A stretch of 64,000 nucleotides of DNA from Promethearchaeota archaeon (GCA_048940765.1 JBHLOG010000001.1:6806-70805); one strand, 5' to 3'. Positions 18,575 to 28,474 are shown, counted from the first letter of the stretch. Notes: generated from the letters alone by a model not told the origin. Translations and numbers: made by a program.

Positions 18575-19518
18575 TTAAAACTCATGTGAAATTATATCTC
18601 TCATTAAGTTGATTAACGTATTAAATTCATATTTATTTAAAAATGGCACCTCTGTACAAATTAGTATATAATAACGCGTTATCTCTTTAATGAGTGTAAA
18701 TTGTTTGAAAATAAAATATTTGCCAAATCGTTCTACTATAATATGATTTTCGGCTTCATCATCTATAGTCTCTATTCTTTCAAATTCATCATTTAATCTT
18801 AAGAAATAAGGTGATAATGCGTTCAGTAATTCTTTGATTTTATTATTCTTATAGTATGAACCAATGATCAACGAATTATATCTATTAATTCAGCACCCTC
18901 AACTCTACAAGTATTAACAAATTCTTGGATGGCTGTTTCTATTACTTCAGATCTCGGAAATAAACTTAAAAGAATTTCAGACATGGCATTTATAATCGTC
19001 GATAAATCAAAAATAGTGGTTTTATAAAAATTGAATCTTCTATAATCCTTAATTTACTTGATTTTATTCTTTAAAAACGAAATTGAATCATTTATTTTAA
19101 TTTGTATAGCTTCAGTTATATCTGAATCATTTTTGTGGAAAAAGATATGGATTGGGGGAAATAATTTCACTTCTGCCAATTTATTAATTACATCCTTTAA
19201 ATAAGTATAGGACTCTCCGATTCTATCATAATCTTGCACAACAACAACGTGAAGTAAAATATCCGTCCCCTGAAAAATCTGCTGAGTTTTTTCGAGATAT
19301 AGTTTCCGATAGCTTTCATGACCTCCAAGATCCCATTCCGCTACATTCATACCGAGAAATTCAAATGTCCTTATCTTAGCATTTCTAGTTGGTTTTATCA
19401 CTACAAATTTAGAAATTTCTCGTAGAAGTGTTAGAATTATAGAAGACTTCCCTGCATTATCCAAACCTACAAAAACTAATTTCTGAATATTCGAATTGTT
19501 CTCCTCTTGCAGCTCCAA
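18575..19518 (-). pseudogene. paralog of the 1-1122 GTPase-Roadblock gene, interrupted by an in-frame TAA and a -1 frameshift
   Basis: GTPase part (19518-19057) has GLDNAGKSS, WDLGGH, HKND. After TAA (19054-19056) the same frame continues ...FYKTTIFDLSTIINAMSEILL...EVIETAIQEFVNTCRVEGAELIDI. At about 18870 it shifts -1 into NSLIIGSYY... (track ORF 18575-18871). It is collinear with the paralog's VDYTDTTIFQRETIM...SEIIEHILEEFTHQVEAKASSLVSMDGLIFGSF. Confidence 0.7.
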
Positions 19519-19691
19519 AATTTACTGCTCATATAATATGTTTCAATAATTTAATAGATAATAAAGTGAATGAATATATATCTTTTCAAATCGCAATTTG
19601 GAGAAAAATCCTTAAAAAAATAATAAATAAAGGTTTTAAGAATTTCTAAGTCAGAATCATTTTTATCCTTTAAAGATTTTAATGATTTTGT

Positions 19692-20219
19692 ATGAAAAAT
19701 TTTTTAAATTATTGGAATGCCATATCATTTGCTTTTACAAAATATTGCAACATAAAACGGAAAGTGAATAATATTCCGTATATTATTCATCCAATTCGTA
19801 TTACTTCAATTTTACGAGCAGTGGGATACAATGAATTTGAACATGAAGATCTAATGATTGCATCATTATTTCATGATCTCTGTGAAGATACCAATACATC
19901 TTTAGAAGAGATTGATAAAAAGTTTGGAAAAAGAGTTGCTTCAATTGTTAGTGAACTAACTAAACCTAAAGGTACAAAAGGTCGTAAAAAAGACCAATGG
20001 TTTGAGGATTTTATTAATAATTCAAAGGAAGCAAAAATTATTAAAATGGCTGACAGGATAGATAATCTACTTGAAATGGTGGACGATTGGACAAAAAAAA
20101 AACAATTATCATATACTAACCAAGCAAAAATAATTTTGAAGTCTTGTGGGGATGCTAATAAAGAATTAGCCCATAAATTAGAAGAGATAATTAAGAAAAA
20201 TTTAGAGAATTCATTATAA
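19692..20219 (+). CDS. HD-domain (p)ppGpp-hydrolase-like protein (SpoT/MESH1-type small alarmone hydrolase)
   Basis: IIHPIRITSIL...ASLFHDLCEDT...FGKRVASIVSELTK...ADRIDNL matches the RelA/SpoT HD hydrolase motifs. Confidence 0.8.
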   Translation: MKNFLNYWNAISFAFTKYCNIKRKVNNIPYIIHPIRITSILRAVGYNEFEHEDLMIASLFHDLCEDTNTSLEEIDKKFGKRVASIVSELTKPKGTKGRKKDQWFEDFINNSKEAKIIKMADRIDNLLEMVDDWTKKKQLSYTNQAKIILKSCGDANKELAHKLEEIIKKNLENSL

Positions 20220-20312
20220 ATTATTAAGAATTAACTTTATTGTTTAAAAAAGCTCAAGATCTAAGGATCCCATTGATAAATCTTTTTAATTTTTAGAATT
20301 GTAATTAGACTT

Positions 20313-21590
20313 ATGGAAAATAATTTAGAATATAATTCTCAAAAAAAAAAGTCAAAAATTCATAAATCTTGGATTATAGCTTTATGTCTTTTAGCTTTTG
20401 GTACAACTCTTTATTCAGAAATAGAAGGGCAATGGAATTCTTCATTTGCACGTGTTATTGCAAATATGAGTTATTTTGGCGTTTCTACTATGGTAGCATT
20501 AGCAGGAATCTTTGGAACGATTTTCTATTTAGTATGGGGAGCAATTTCTGATAATTTGCGGACAAATCTTGGAAGAAGAATTCCAATAATTTTGATTGGT
20601 ATGCTATCAACGGCGGGATTAATGATATTCTTTATTTCAACAACTTATTTATTATTTATATTGGTGATTGGAGGTTTTCTTTTAGCAATTACTTCAAATA
20701 TGTTTCATGTTACAAACAAATCTTTAATTGGTGATTTAATTCCAATGGAAAAAAGGGGAAGAACTAATTCTATCTTGTTTATAGCAACAAATATGGGTTC
20801 CATGACAGTTTGGATACCTGCTATAATTTTTTTGCCTGAAGGGACAGAAACCTATTCTAGAGAAATCCATTCCATCTTTATTGGAGGAGGAGCTTTATTA
20901 TTAGTTATTATTGGAATTCTTGTAACTCTATTAGTTAAAGAACCTAAGATAAATACACCTGCTAACAACTGGCTTCATGATCTTAAGAAATTGCTAAATC
21001 GTAAAGAAATGATGCAACATGAAGATTTTCTCCGTTTATTTGTTGCTATGCTGTTTTTAATCATGAGTCAATATGCTTTTACTCCATTTTTACTGATATT
21101 ACTTCAAGAAATTTCGTTAAGCCTTATAGAAATTTTAATTTTTTTACCGATTATTGGAAGTGCTATTGGATTAGGGATATTTCTTCTAGGAAAATACGTC
21201 GATACAATAGGTCGAAAAAAAGTTGCTTTAATTAGTTTAATTATTTCTCCAATTGGTTGTTTTATTATAGCATTTTTGGGATTCAGTTACCAATTATTAT
21301 TAATAGGTTTTGGGATAATGATGCCTTTTAATATAGGATTATGGTTAGCAACAGATGCATGGACCTTGGATTTACTTCCTGAAGAATCACGAGGAAGATT
21401 TTTGGGAATAATAAATATAGGAAATGCCATTGCTAAAGCACCAGGTGTCCTTCTTGCAGGGTATTTAGCAGATATGTTTGGAATTTTATGGGTATTTTTT
21501 ATAACAGGTATTATTTTATGGATAGGTATTCCATTTTTCTTACGCGTTCCTGAAACTATCAAAAAGGAAAATGATAAAAGTGAGCAATAG
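20313..21590 (+). CDS. major facilitator superfamily transporter
   Basis: About 12 predicted TM helices. Loop motifs DNLRTNLGRRIP and GKYVDTIGRKK (MFS motif-A-like). Confidence 0.75.
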   Translation: MENNLEYNSQKKKSKIHKSWIIALCLLAFGTTLYSEIEGQWNSSFARVIANMSYFGVSTMVALAGIFGTIFYLVWGAISDNLRTNLGRRIPIILIGMLSTAGLMIFFISTTYLLFILVIGGFLLAITSNMFHVTNKSLIGDLIPMEKRGRTNSILFIATNMGSMTVWIPAIIFLPEGTETYSREIHSIFIGGGALLLVIIGILVTLLVKEPKINTPANNWLHDLKKLLNRKEMMQHEDFLRLFVAMLFLIMSQYAFTPFLLILLQEISLSLIEILIFLPIIGSAIGLGIFLLGKYVDTIGRKKVALISLIISPIGCFIIAFLGFSYQLLLIGFGIMMPFNIGLWLATDAWTLDLLPEESRGRFLGIINIGNAIAKAPGVLLAGYLADMFGILWVFFITGIILWIGIPFFLRVPETIKKENDKSEQ

Positions 21591-23076
21591 AAAGTATAAG
21601 ATTGTTTACATTGGAGCAGGTTCATATCGTTTTGTAATTCCCTGCACAATGAATATATTAGATTTCGCGAAAAATTTTAATCCCATTGAGTTATGGTTAG
21701 TAGATATTGATGTTTATTCACTATCATTGATAAAAGATGTAGTTTTGCGTATGGTTCAGCTCCATAAAAAAAAGATTGCGATCCATTCCACAATTGATAG
21801 AAAAAAAGCACTTCCTTCTGCAGATTATGTATTAATTTCAATATCTGTGGGTATCCAACGATCTGAATGGATGGATATTCATGTTCCATTGAAGTTTGGA
21901 ATACCACAAAATACAGGAGATACGGTTGGTCCAGGTGGGATATTTCGTGGTCTTAGAACGATACCTGTTATAGTTGAAATTTTAAAAGATATTAAAAATT
22001 TATGCCCTAATGCATTAGTTCTAAATTTTACAAACCCCCAGAGCACAACAATGCTCAGTATTTATCAAACAGCTCCTCATGTTCAATCGATAGGACTTTG
22101 TCATGAATTGTTTTATTTAGAGTCAAAAAAATTTAGAAAAGTTCTCAATTATTGTGGAATAGATACATCCACTAAAAATAAATTTCAAATTCTATATGGT
22201 GGACTAAATCATTTTTCTTGGATAACTAAATTTGAATATGGTGAAGAAGATTTATATCCAATATTGCGAGAAAAGGCTGATTTTATGTATAAATCCGGAA
22301 AGTTTGGTAGACCTTTTAATTTTTACCTCCTAAAAAAGACAGGGTATTTAACATATGTAGAGGATAGACATGTAGCTGAATTTTTACCACAATATTACAA
22401 TTATTTTAATCATTGGGATAAACCTTTTAATATTACTGCTTTGAGAAGCGTATTTAGAGTTCAATTAGAAAGAAAATTCATGTACTCATTGATTAAAGCT
22501 CTAAAAAGAAAACGATTTAGTTGGATTATTAAATTATTTTTACGCCCCACTGAGGGTATAGAAAAAGCACTATTAATGGCTAAATACAGAGAGAGGAATA
22601 TTTCAAGAATTCATGTATGTAATATAATAAATAATGGATCTATCTCATTTTTGCCAAATAATTGTGTAATTGAAACTCCTTGTTATTTCAAAAATGGAGA
22701 GATTCAAAAAGCAAAGATAGGAAATCTTACTGATCCAATTAAAAAATGGATTATTCCTCATGCAAAAAATCAGCAATTAGTTGTAGATGCTGCATTATCT
22801 GGGAATCCTGATGATTTAATTAAAGCATTACTAGCTGATCCCATGTGTATTTTTATAGAAGACGTAGAAAAAATAGAAGCTTTAATGAGGAATATGTTAT
22901 ATTATCAGAAGGACTGGTTGCCTAACTTCTCTGAATCAATCCTAAATTATAGCGATTTAAAAAAGATGAAATACTATATTGAAAAGAGTGAATTAAGTAA
23001 AAGAGACATTGCAAGAAAAGAAAAATTTCACGTAGATAAAAGTCTAAAAATAAAATCATGGCCCTTTATCAATTAA
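21571..23076 (+). CDS. glycoside hydrolase family 4 (NAD/Mn-dependent glycosidase)
   Basis: KIVYIGAGS Rossmann start, NFTNP and GLCHE motifs characteristic of GH4. Confidence 0.8.
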   Translation: MIKVSNRKYKIVYIGAGSYRFVIPCTMNILDFAKNFNPIELWLVDIDVYSLSLIKDVVLRMVQLHKKKIAIHSTIDRKKALPSADYVLISISVGIQRSEWMDIHVPLKFGIPQNTGDTVGPGGIFRGLRTIPVIVEILKDIKNLCPNALVLNFTNPQSTTMLSIYQTAPHVQSIGLCHELFYLESKKFRKVLNYCGIDTSTKNKFQILYGGLNHFSWITKFEYGEEDLYPILREKADFMYKSGKFGRPFNFYLLKKTGYLTYVEDRHVAEFLPQYYNYFNHWDKPFNITALRSVFRVQLERKFMYSLIKALKRKRFSWIIKLFLRPTEGIEKALLMAKYRERNISRIHVCNIINNGSISFLPNNCVIETPCYFKNGEIQKAKIGNLTDPIKKWIIPHAKNQQLVVDAALSGNPDDLIKALLADPMCIFIEDVEKIEALMRNMLYYQKDWLPNFSESILNYSDLKKMKYYIEKSELSKRDIARKEKFHVDKSLKIKSWPFIN

Positions 23077-23161
23077 GTATTAGAGAAATTTTATAATTTA
23101 GATATATTCTATAGGTTATTGAAGTATATTGTTAATGAAAAATGTTTGAGAGAGATTCTTC

Positions 23162-24079
23162 TTGAAATTAAAATTTAGTTGTGCTTGGCTTTATGCCATT
23201 TCAAAATATAATAAATATGCTGAGAATTTTAAACTTAAAGATGTGTTGATTGCTATAAAACAGATTAAAAAATTAGGATTTGATACAACTGAATTAGAAG
23301 TAATGCGGAAAAGAAATTTCGAAGAAATATATGAAAACAAGAAAAAAGTATTAGAGAACTTGGAAAAATTAAATTTAAAAGTAAACAACTTATGCGCTGT
23401 TTTTCCAGAATTAATGACAAAAGAATGGGAAAATTATATTGATTTATTCGAGAAATCTGCTGAATTAGCAGCATATTTTGGATGTGATACAATTCAAGTA
23501 GATTCTCATATGCCACCATTAGAATATATTACTGAACGCCCTTATGACGAAACAATAAAGTTTGATGTAGATATTAAAATAAAAGTGGAAGAAGGATCAA
23601 AGTCTTTTAATTGGAATAATCATTGGAACAATATCGTGAATTCTATTAAAAAGTGTGATTCTATTGCCTATAATAGGGGTTTAAAGCTATGTTTGGAACC
23701 AAGAGTTCATGAATCAATACCTAATACCGATGCAATATTACGATTATTCGATTGGGTTAATTCAGATAATTTTGGAGCGGTTTTAGATTGTGGCCATTTA
23801 CATGCTCAAAAGGAAAGCATTCCACTTTCTGTTGAAAAATTAGGAAATAAAATATTTTGTGTTCATGCTTCTGATAATGATGGTCGTGTTAACCTGCATT
23901 TGGGTATTGGTCGAGGTAATATCGATTGGGAAGGCACTCTAAGAGCGCTAAAAAAACATAAATTTAGAGGTTTTATTGCTGTAGATATTGGGATGTTACC
24001 TTCTGAATATGATTTAGACCAAGAAATTAATAATTCTATCATATATCTTAAAAATCTTGCTAGTAAAATTTTAGATTAG
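23162..24079 (+). CDS. sugar phosphate isomerase/epimerase (xylose-isomerase-like TIM barrel)
   Basis: LCLEPRVHE, DCGHLH and HASDNDG metal-ligand pattern. Confidence 0.7.
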   Translation: MKLKFSCAWLYAISKYNKYAENFKLKDVLIAIKQIKKLGFDTTELEVMRKRNFEEIYENKKKVLENLEKLNLKVNNLCAVFPELMTKEWENYIDLFEKSAELAAYFGCDTIQVDSHMPPLEYITERPYDETIKFDVDIKIKVEEGSKSFNWNNHWNNIVNSIKKCDSIAYNRGLKLCLEPRVHESIPNTDAILRLFDWVNSDNFGAVLDCGHLHAQKESIPLSVEKLGNKIFCVHASDNDGRVNLHLGIGRGNIDWEGTLRALKKHKFRGFIAVDIGMLPSEYDLDQEINNSIIYLKNLASKILD

Positions 24080-24128
24080 AATAAATAGGGTTAATTATGT
24101 ATTTAAAATCTATAAAGGTATTAGACTA

Positions 24129-25490
24129 ATGAAAAAATTATCAGGTATAGTAATAGGCGCTGGTAACCGGGGAGCAGATGCCTACGCATCATATGCTTTA
24201 GCTTTTCCTAAGGAACTAAAGATTGTGAGTGTTGCAGAACCAAATCCAATCAGACGTGAAAATTTAGCAGTCAGTCATAAAATCCCAAAAAATTATGAAT
24301 ATAATGATTGGAAAGAGATTTTAGAACAACCGAAATTTGCTGACATTGCAATAATCACTACACAAGATAAAATGCATTATGAACCAGCAATTAAGGCTAT
24401 GAAACAAGGTTATCATGTACTTTTAGAAAAACCAATGGCTACTACAGAGGCAGAATGCCGTAATTTAGCAAAAACTTCTGAAGAAGCAGGTGTTATTTTA
24501 CAAATATGCCATGTTCTTAGGTATACAAAATTATTCAGTACTCTAAAAGAGATTATTGATTCTGGAAAATTGGGAGAAATTATTAATATAAATTACTCTA
24601 TTAACCTTAGCCATTGGATTTATGCTCATAGCTTTGTTCGAGGGAGCTGGAGAAATCAATTAGAGACTTCTCCTATGATATTAGCTAAAGCTTGTCATGA
24701 TTTTGATATTCTTTATTGGTTTGCAGGTGCTGATCCCCTCAAAATTTCTTCTTTTGCCAGAACAAGTTATTTAACAAGTGAGAATCGTCCTGAGGGTGCT
24801 ACTGAAAGATGTACTGATGGATGTCCCTATTCAAATAGATGTCATTATAATGCTATAGATTCTTATCTTAAGACAGTTCAATTTCATAACGACCTTATTC
24901 AAACTGAAAAAAAAATGATTCGGTGGTTTATTAAACTGTGGAAAAATCATCCTAAAATTGCTAATTTATTGATACCTCAATTCAGAAAAAATACTCCATA
25001 TCGTGGCTGGCCAATTAATACAATCTCAGAAGATCTATCAGATGAGGGTATAATGAAAGCACTAAAAGAGGGACCTTATGGACGATGCGTATATGACTGT
25101 GATAACGATCAACCTTCAGCTCAAATAACTAATATTGAGTTTTCAAATCAAATAGTTGCTACATTAACAATGCATGGACACTCATATAAAGAGGGTCGAT
25201 TTATTCGAATTGATGGAACAAAGGCAAGTTTAATTGGAGAATTTACATTAATGGGAATGCCAATTACTTTATATAACCATCTAACTGGGAAATCAATTCA
25301 TTATAAAATAAAACTTACAAAAAATCCACACGAATATGAGGATTATCCTTTAATAAGAAGGTTTCTAGCAGCAGTACGTGGTGAAGAAAAACCTTTAACA
25401 TCTGCTCGTGAATCTCTACAAAGTCATCTCATGTCTTTTGCAGCAGATCGTTCCTTTAAAGAAGAGAAGATTATTCATATAAAAAATTAA
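24129..25490 (+). CDS. Gfo/Idh/MocA family oxidoreductase
   Basis: N-terminal IVIGAGNRG Rossmann motif, LLEKPMA motif, large C-terminal domain. Confidence 0.8.
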   Translation: MKKLSGIVIGAGNRGADAYASYALAFPKELKIVSVAEPNPIRRENLAVSHKIPKNYEYNDWKEILEQPKFADIAIITTQDKMHYEPAIKAMKQGYHVLLEKPMATTEAECRNLAKTSEEAGVILQICHVLRYTKLFSTLKEIIDSGKLGEIININYSINLSHWIYAHSFVRGSWRNQLETSPMILAKACHDFDILYWFAGADPLKISSFARTSYLTSENRPEGATERCTDGCPYSNRCHYNAIDSYLKTVQFHNDLIQTEKKMIRWFIKLWKNHPKIANLLIPQFRKNTPYRGWPINTISEDLSDEGIMKALKEGPYGRCVYDCDNDQPSAQITNIEFSNQIVATLTMHGHSYKEGRFIRIDGTKASLIGEFTLMGMPITLYNHLTGKSIHYKIKLTKNPHEYEDYPLIRRFLAAVRGEEKPLTSARESLQSHLMSFAADRSFKEEKIIHIKN

Positions 25491-25491
25491 A

Positions 25492-26574
25492 ATGTTGAAT
25501 ATTATGAGTCCATTCAAATTATCTTCTAAAGTGAAGAAAGGGTTAGGAAAAATTAATCGAAAAAACAACAACTTGAATTATTCTTTACAGCCCTTTGTTA
25601 AGAAATGGTTAAAGGGGCACCCACCTAGATTAACCTATTCATTAAAGCCACAGGAAATGAGTTTTGAATCATGGAGTCAACAAGTTAGAGAATTAATCAT
25701 TAAAAAGATACCAACTTTAAAACCGTTACCTCTTGAGGAACAACAGTTAATAATACATGGGGAAACAAATTCAAATGGAATTAAATTTATACAATTTTCC
25801 TTAATGGCAATTCCAGGATTAAGAGTACCGGCAATAATGTGTATTCCCGACCATATTGATCATAAAATACCTGCTTGTATTTGCATACATGGACATAACC
25901 AAAGTATTTATAATTCTGTTGGAATTAAAAAGTCCAAAAATGAAGAATATTTTGGATATGAGCTAGCTAAGTTAGGATTAATAACTCTTTCTTTTGATTG
26001 GATTGGAAGTGGGGTTCGAGAATCTTTTAAAAATAAGTTCCTTTTTTTTCTTAAGGATGAGGGGCAAAGAACTAATTGGTTGCGTTTCATAGGATTGGAT
26101 ATGTTAGGTTTACGTATAACTGAAGTAAAAGCATTGATTAATTATTTAGAAAATCAAGATGAAGTAGATCCTAAAAGAATAGGAATAATTGGTCATTCAG
26201 GAGGAGGAACCCTTTCTTTATTTGCCACATTTTTTGATGAGAGAATTAAAGTATGTGTTACTTCAGGATACTTTAGTACATGGGATCATTCTATTCTTGC
26301 TATGTATCATTGTGGTTGTAATTATATTGCGGATTTAAGAAAATATCTTGAATTATATGATATATATTCATCTCTAGCTCCATGTCCTTTAGCGATTACA
26401 ATAGGGAAAAAAGATAAGATTTTTCCCTATGAAGGTACTAAAATATCTATCCCAATAATCGAAAAAGCTTATCAGGAGGCTGGTCATTCAGAGAACTTAT
26501 TAATCCATATACAAAATAAAGGTCATAGATTTAGTGGAGAAAAGATATATCCATTCATTCTAAGCAATCTATAA
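25492..26574 (+). CDS. alpha/beta hydrolase (acetyl-xylan-esterase / dienelactone-hydrolase-like)
   Basis: GxSxG elbow IGHSGGG and a C-terminal His (NKGHRF). Starts 2 nt after the preceding gene. Confidence 0.65.
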   Translation: MLNIMSPFKLSSKVKKGLGKINRKNNNLNYSLQPFVKKWLKGHPPRLTYSLKPQEMSFESWSQQVRELIIKKIPTLKPLPLEEQQLIIHGETNSNGIKFIQFSLMAIPGLRVPAIMCIPDHIDHKIPACICIHGHNQSIYNSVGIKKSKNEEYFGYELAKLGLITLSFDWIGSGVRESFKNKFLFFLKDEGQRTNWLRFIGLDMLGLRITEVKALINYLENQDEVDPKRIGIIGHSGGGTLSLFATFFDERIKVCVTSGYFSTWDHSILAMYHCGCNYIADLRKYLELYDIYSSLAPCPLAITIGKKDKIFPYEGTKISIPIIEKAYQEAGHSENLLIHIQNKGHRFSGEKIYPFILSNL

Positions 26575-26683
26575 TTTTTTTTTACTAAAAACTCATACAG
26601 AATAAATAGTTATTAAAAATTATTGATTTCATATTTTATTGATGTATAACAATTAAAAATCTAAAAAAAAAGAAAAAAATTAG

Positions 26684-28087
26684 TTAAAGTTGAGATTCAT
26701 CAATTACAGGCATTTCTTCTGAAGCTAAGTTTTTTTGAATTTCACTATTAGGCAATTCGTATTCTTTTAAATTTCCGTTCATAAATTCTTCGTAAGCTAA
26801 CAAATCAAAAAAACCATGACCACTAAAGTTAAATAAGATGACTTTCTTTTCATTGTTTTCTTTAGCTTTCAATGCTTGTTCAATCGTTTCTTTTATTGCA
26901 TGTGCAGTTTCTGGAGCAGGAAGTATTCCTTCAGCTTTTGCAAATTGGAGTCCAGCACTAATTACTTCTGTTTGATGATGCATAGTAGTTTTAACAATTC
27001 CATTATTATTTAAAATTGAAATAATGGGAGCCATTCCATGATATCTTAATCCTCCTGCATGGATTGGGCTGGGGATAAAAGTATGTCCTAAAGTATGCAT
27101 CTTCACAATAGGTCCTTTCATTGCAGAGTCACCGTAATCCCATCTATACTCTCCTTTTGTTACACTTGGACATGCTCGAGGTTCCACACCAATTAATTCC
27201 ATATCTGGATTTGTTCCGTCTAATTTATCTTTGACAAATGGAATCATCAAACCAGCAAAGTTCGAACCGCCTCCAATACAGCCAATTACTACATCTGCTT
27301 TTTCAATACCAGCTTTAGCTAGTTGAATTTTTGCCTCTTGTCCTACAATAGTTTGATGTAAAAGCACGAAATTAACTACACTTCCAAGAGAATATTTTAT
27401 TCTATCACTCCTCATACTATGTTCTAATGCTTCAGATATTGCAATTCCTAAACTCCCTGGATGTTCTTGATCTTTCTCCAAAAATTTTTTTCCAGAATCA
27501 GTTAGATTGGAAGGACTTGGATACACTTCAGCATTAAAAGCCCTCATTAAGATTTTTCTCCCTGGTTTTTGAAAATAGCTTGCTCTTACCATATATACAG
27601 TACATTTTAGATCATAGAGACTACATCCATATGCTAAGGCAGAACCCCATTGCCCAGCCCCTGTTTCTGTGACTAATTCTTCTGTTCCTTCTTTTTTTGC
27701 ATAATATGCTTGGGTTATAGCAGTATTAGGTTTATGTGACCCCGTAGGAGAACATGATTCATTTTTATAAAAAATTTTAATTTTATCTCCTTCTATATCT
27801 AACTCTTTCTCTAATCCCAATGCTCGATGAAGTGGACTCGGTCGATAAGTTTTTGCAAAAATTTCCCTTAATTCCTTTGGAATAGGAATAAGAGGTTCCA
27901 ATGAGACTTCTTGCATTACACATTCTCTAGGAAAAATAGCAAATGCCATTTCCGGTGGAGCCGGTTTTCCATCAATTGGATTTATTAAGGGCGTCATAGG
28001 GGAGGGTAAATCTGGCAAAATATTTACCCAATTTTTTGGAATCTCATTTGGTTCCAGTAAAATTCTTCCAGTAAAATGATCTACCAT
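26684..28087 (-). CDS. trpB2: TrpB2-type tryptophan synthase beta-like PLP enzyme (stand-alone)
   Basis: EIPKNWVNILPDLP N-terminus, PLP-lysine motif PTGSHKPNTA, GGGSNFAG glycine loop, 467 aa. No trpA nearby. Confidence 0.85.
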   Translation of the reverse strand: MVDHFTGRILLEPNEIPKNWVNILPDLPSPMTPLINPIDGKPAPPEMAFAIFPRECVMQEVSLEPLIPIPKELREIFAKTYRPSPLHRALGLEKELDIEGDKIKIFYKNESCSPTGSHKPNTAITQAYYAKKEGTEELVTETGAGQWGSALAYGCSLYDLKCTVYMVRASYFQKPGRKILMRAFNAEVYPSPSNLTDSGKKFLEKDQEHPGSLGIAISEALEHSMRSDRIKYSLGSVVNFVLLHQTIVGQEAKIQLAKAGIEKADVVIGCIGGGSNFAGLMIPFVKDKLDGTNPDMELIGVEPRACPSVTKGEYRWDYGDSAMKGPIVKMHTLGHTFIPSPIHAGGLRYHGMAPIISILNNNGIVKTTMHHQTEVISAGLQFAKAEGILPAPETAHAIKETIEQALKAKENNEKKVILFNFSGHGFFDLLAYEEFMNGNLKEYELPNSEIQKNLASEEMPVIDESQL

Positions 28088-28247
28088 TTTTTTTACCTTC
28101 TATATTTACTTTTTCACATCTTAAGACGTGTATCATTAAAAAATTGGAAATCAATATGATTAATGCCCATTTAGAAAGAGGATTTAATATTTTAAAGGAA
28201 AATATTAAAAAGAAAAAATAAATCTAAAAAAACCAATGCAGTTGGCT

Positions 28248-28298
28248 CTATTGCCAACACCAAGGCCACTGCCAAGATTGAATTCTTAGAGTTGCCAT
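28248..28298 (-). promoter_or_regulatory. candidate Trp-rich leader peptide ORF (MATLRIQSWQWPWCWQ) about 160 nt upstream of trpB2
   Basis: ATG 28298-28296, TAG 28250-28248. Four TGG codons at alternate positions. GC-rich patch in an AT-rich spacer. Overlapping alternative hairpins and a T7 tract follow. Confidence 0.5.
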
Positions 28299-28474
28299 AA
28301 TATTTAATAAATAGTTATCTGAAAATATTTAAACATTATATAGTAAATTCAAATAAAAATCTTTTGAAGTTTTCTTGAAATAATTTAAATATTTCAATTA
28401 TCTAAAAATTGCTATAAATGAAAAATTTGAATAAATTAAAGTAAAAGCACGATTTCCATAATTTATATTGTGGT

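Noticed and set aside
28236-28289. Plus-strand mirror ORF MQLALLPTPRPLPRLNS (Pro-rich) covering the same GC-rich patch as the Trp-rich mini-ORF.
   Set aside because: It is complete with start and stop, but it has no functional link to its downstream gene (a hypothetical protein about 185 nt away) and no terminator-like structure in that orientation. The minus-strand reading is coherent with trpB2. It is kept as the explicit alternative hypothesis.
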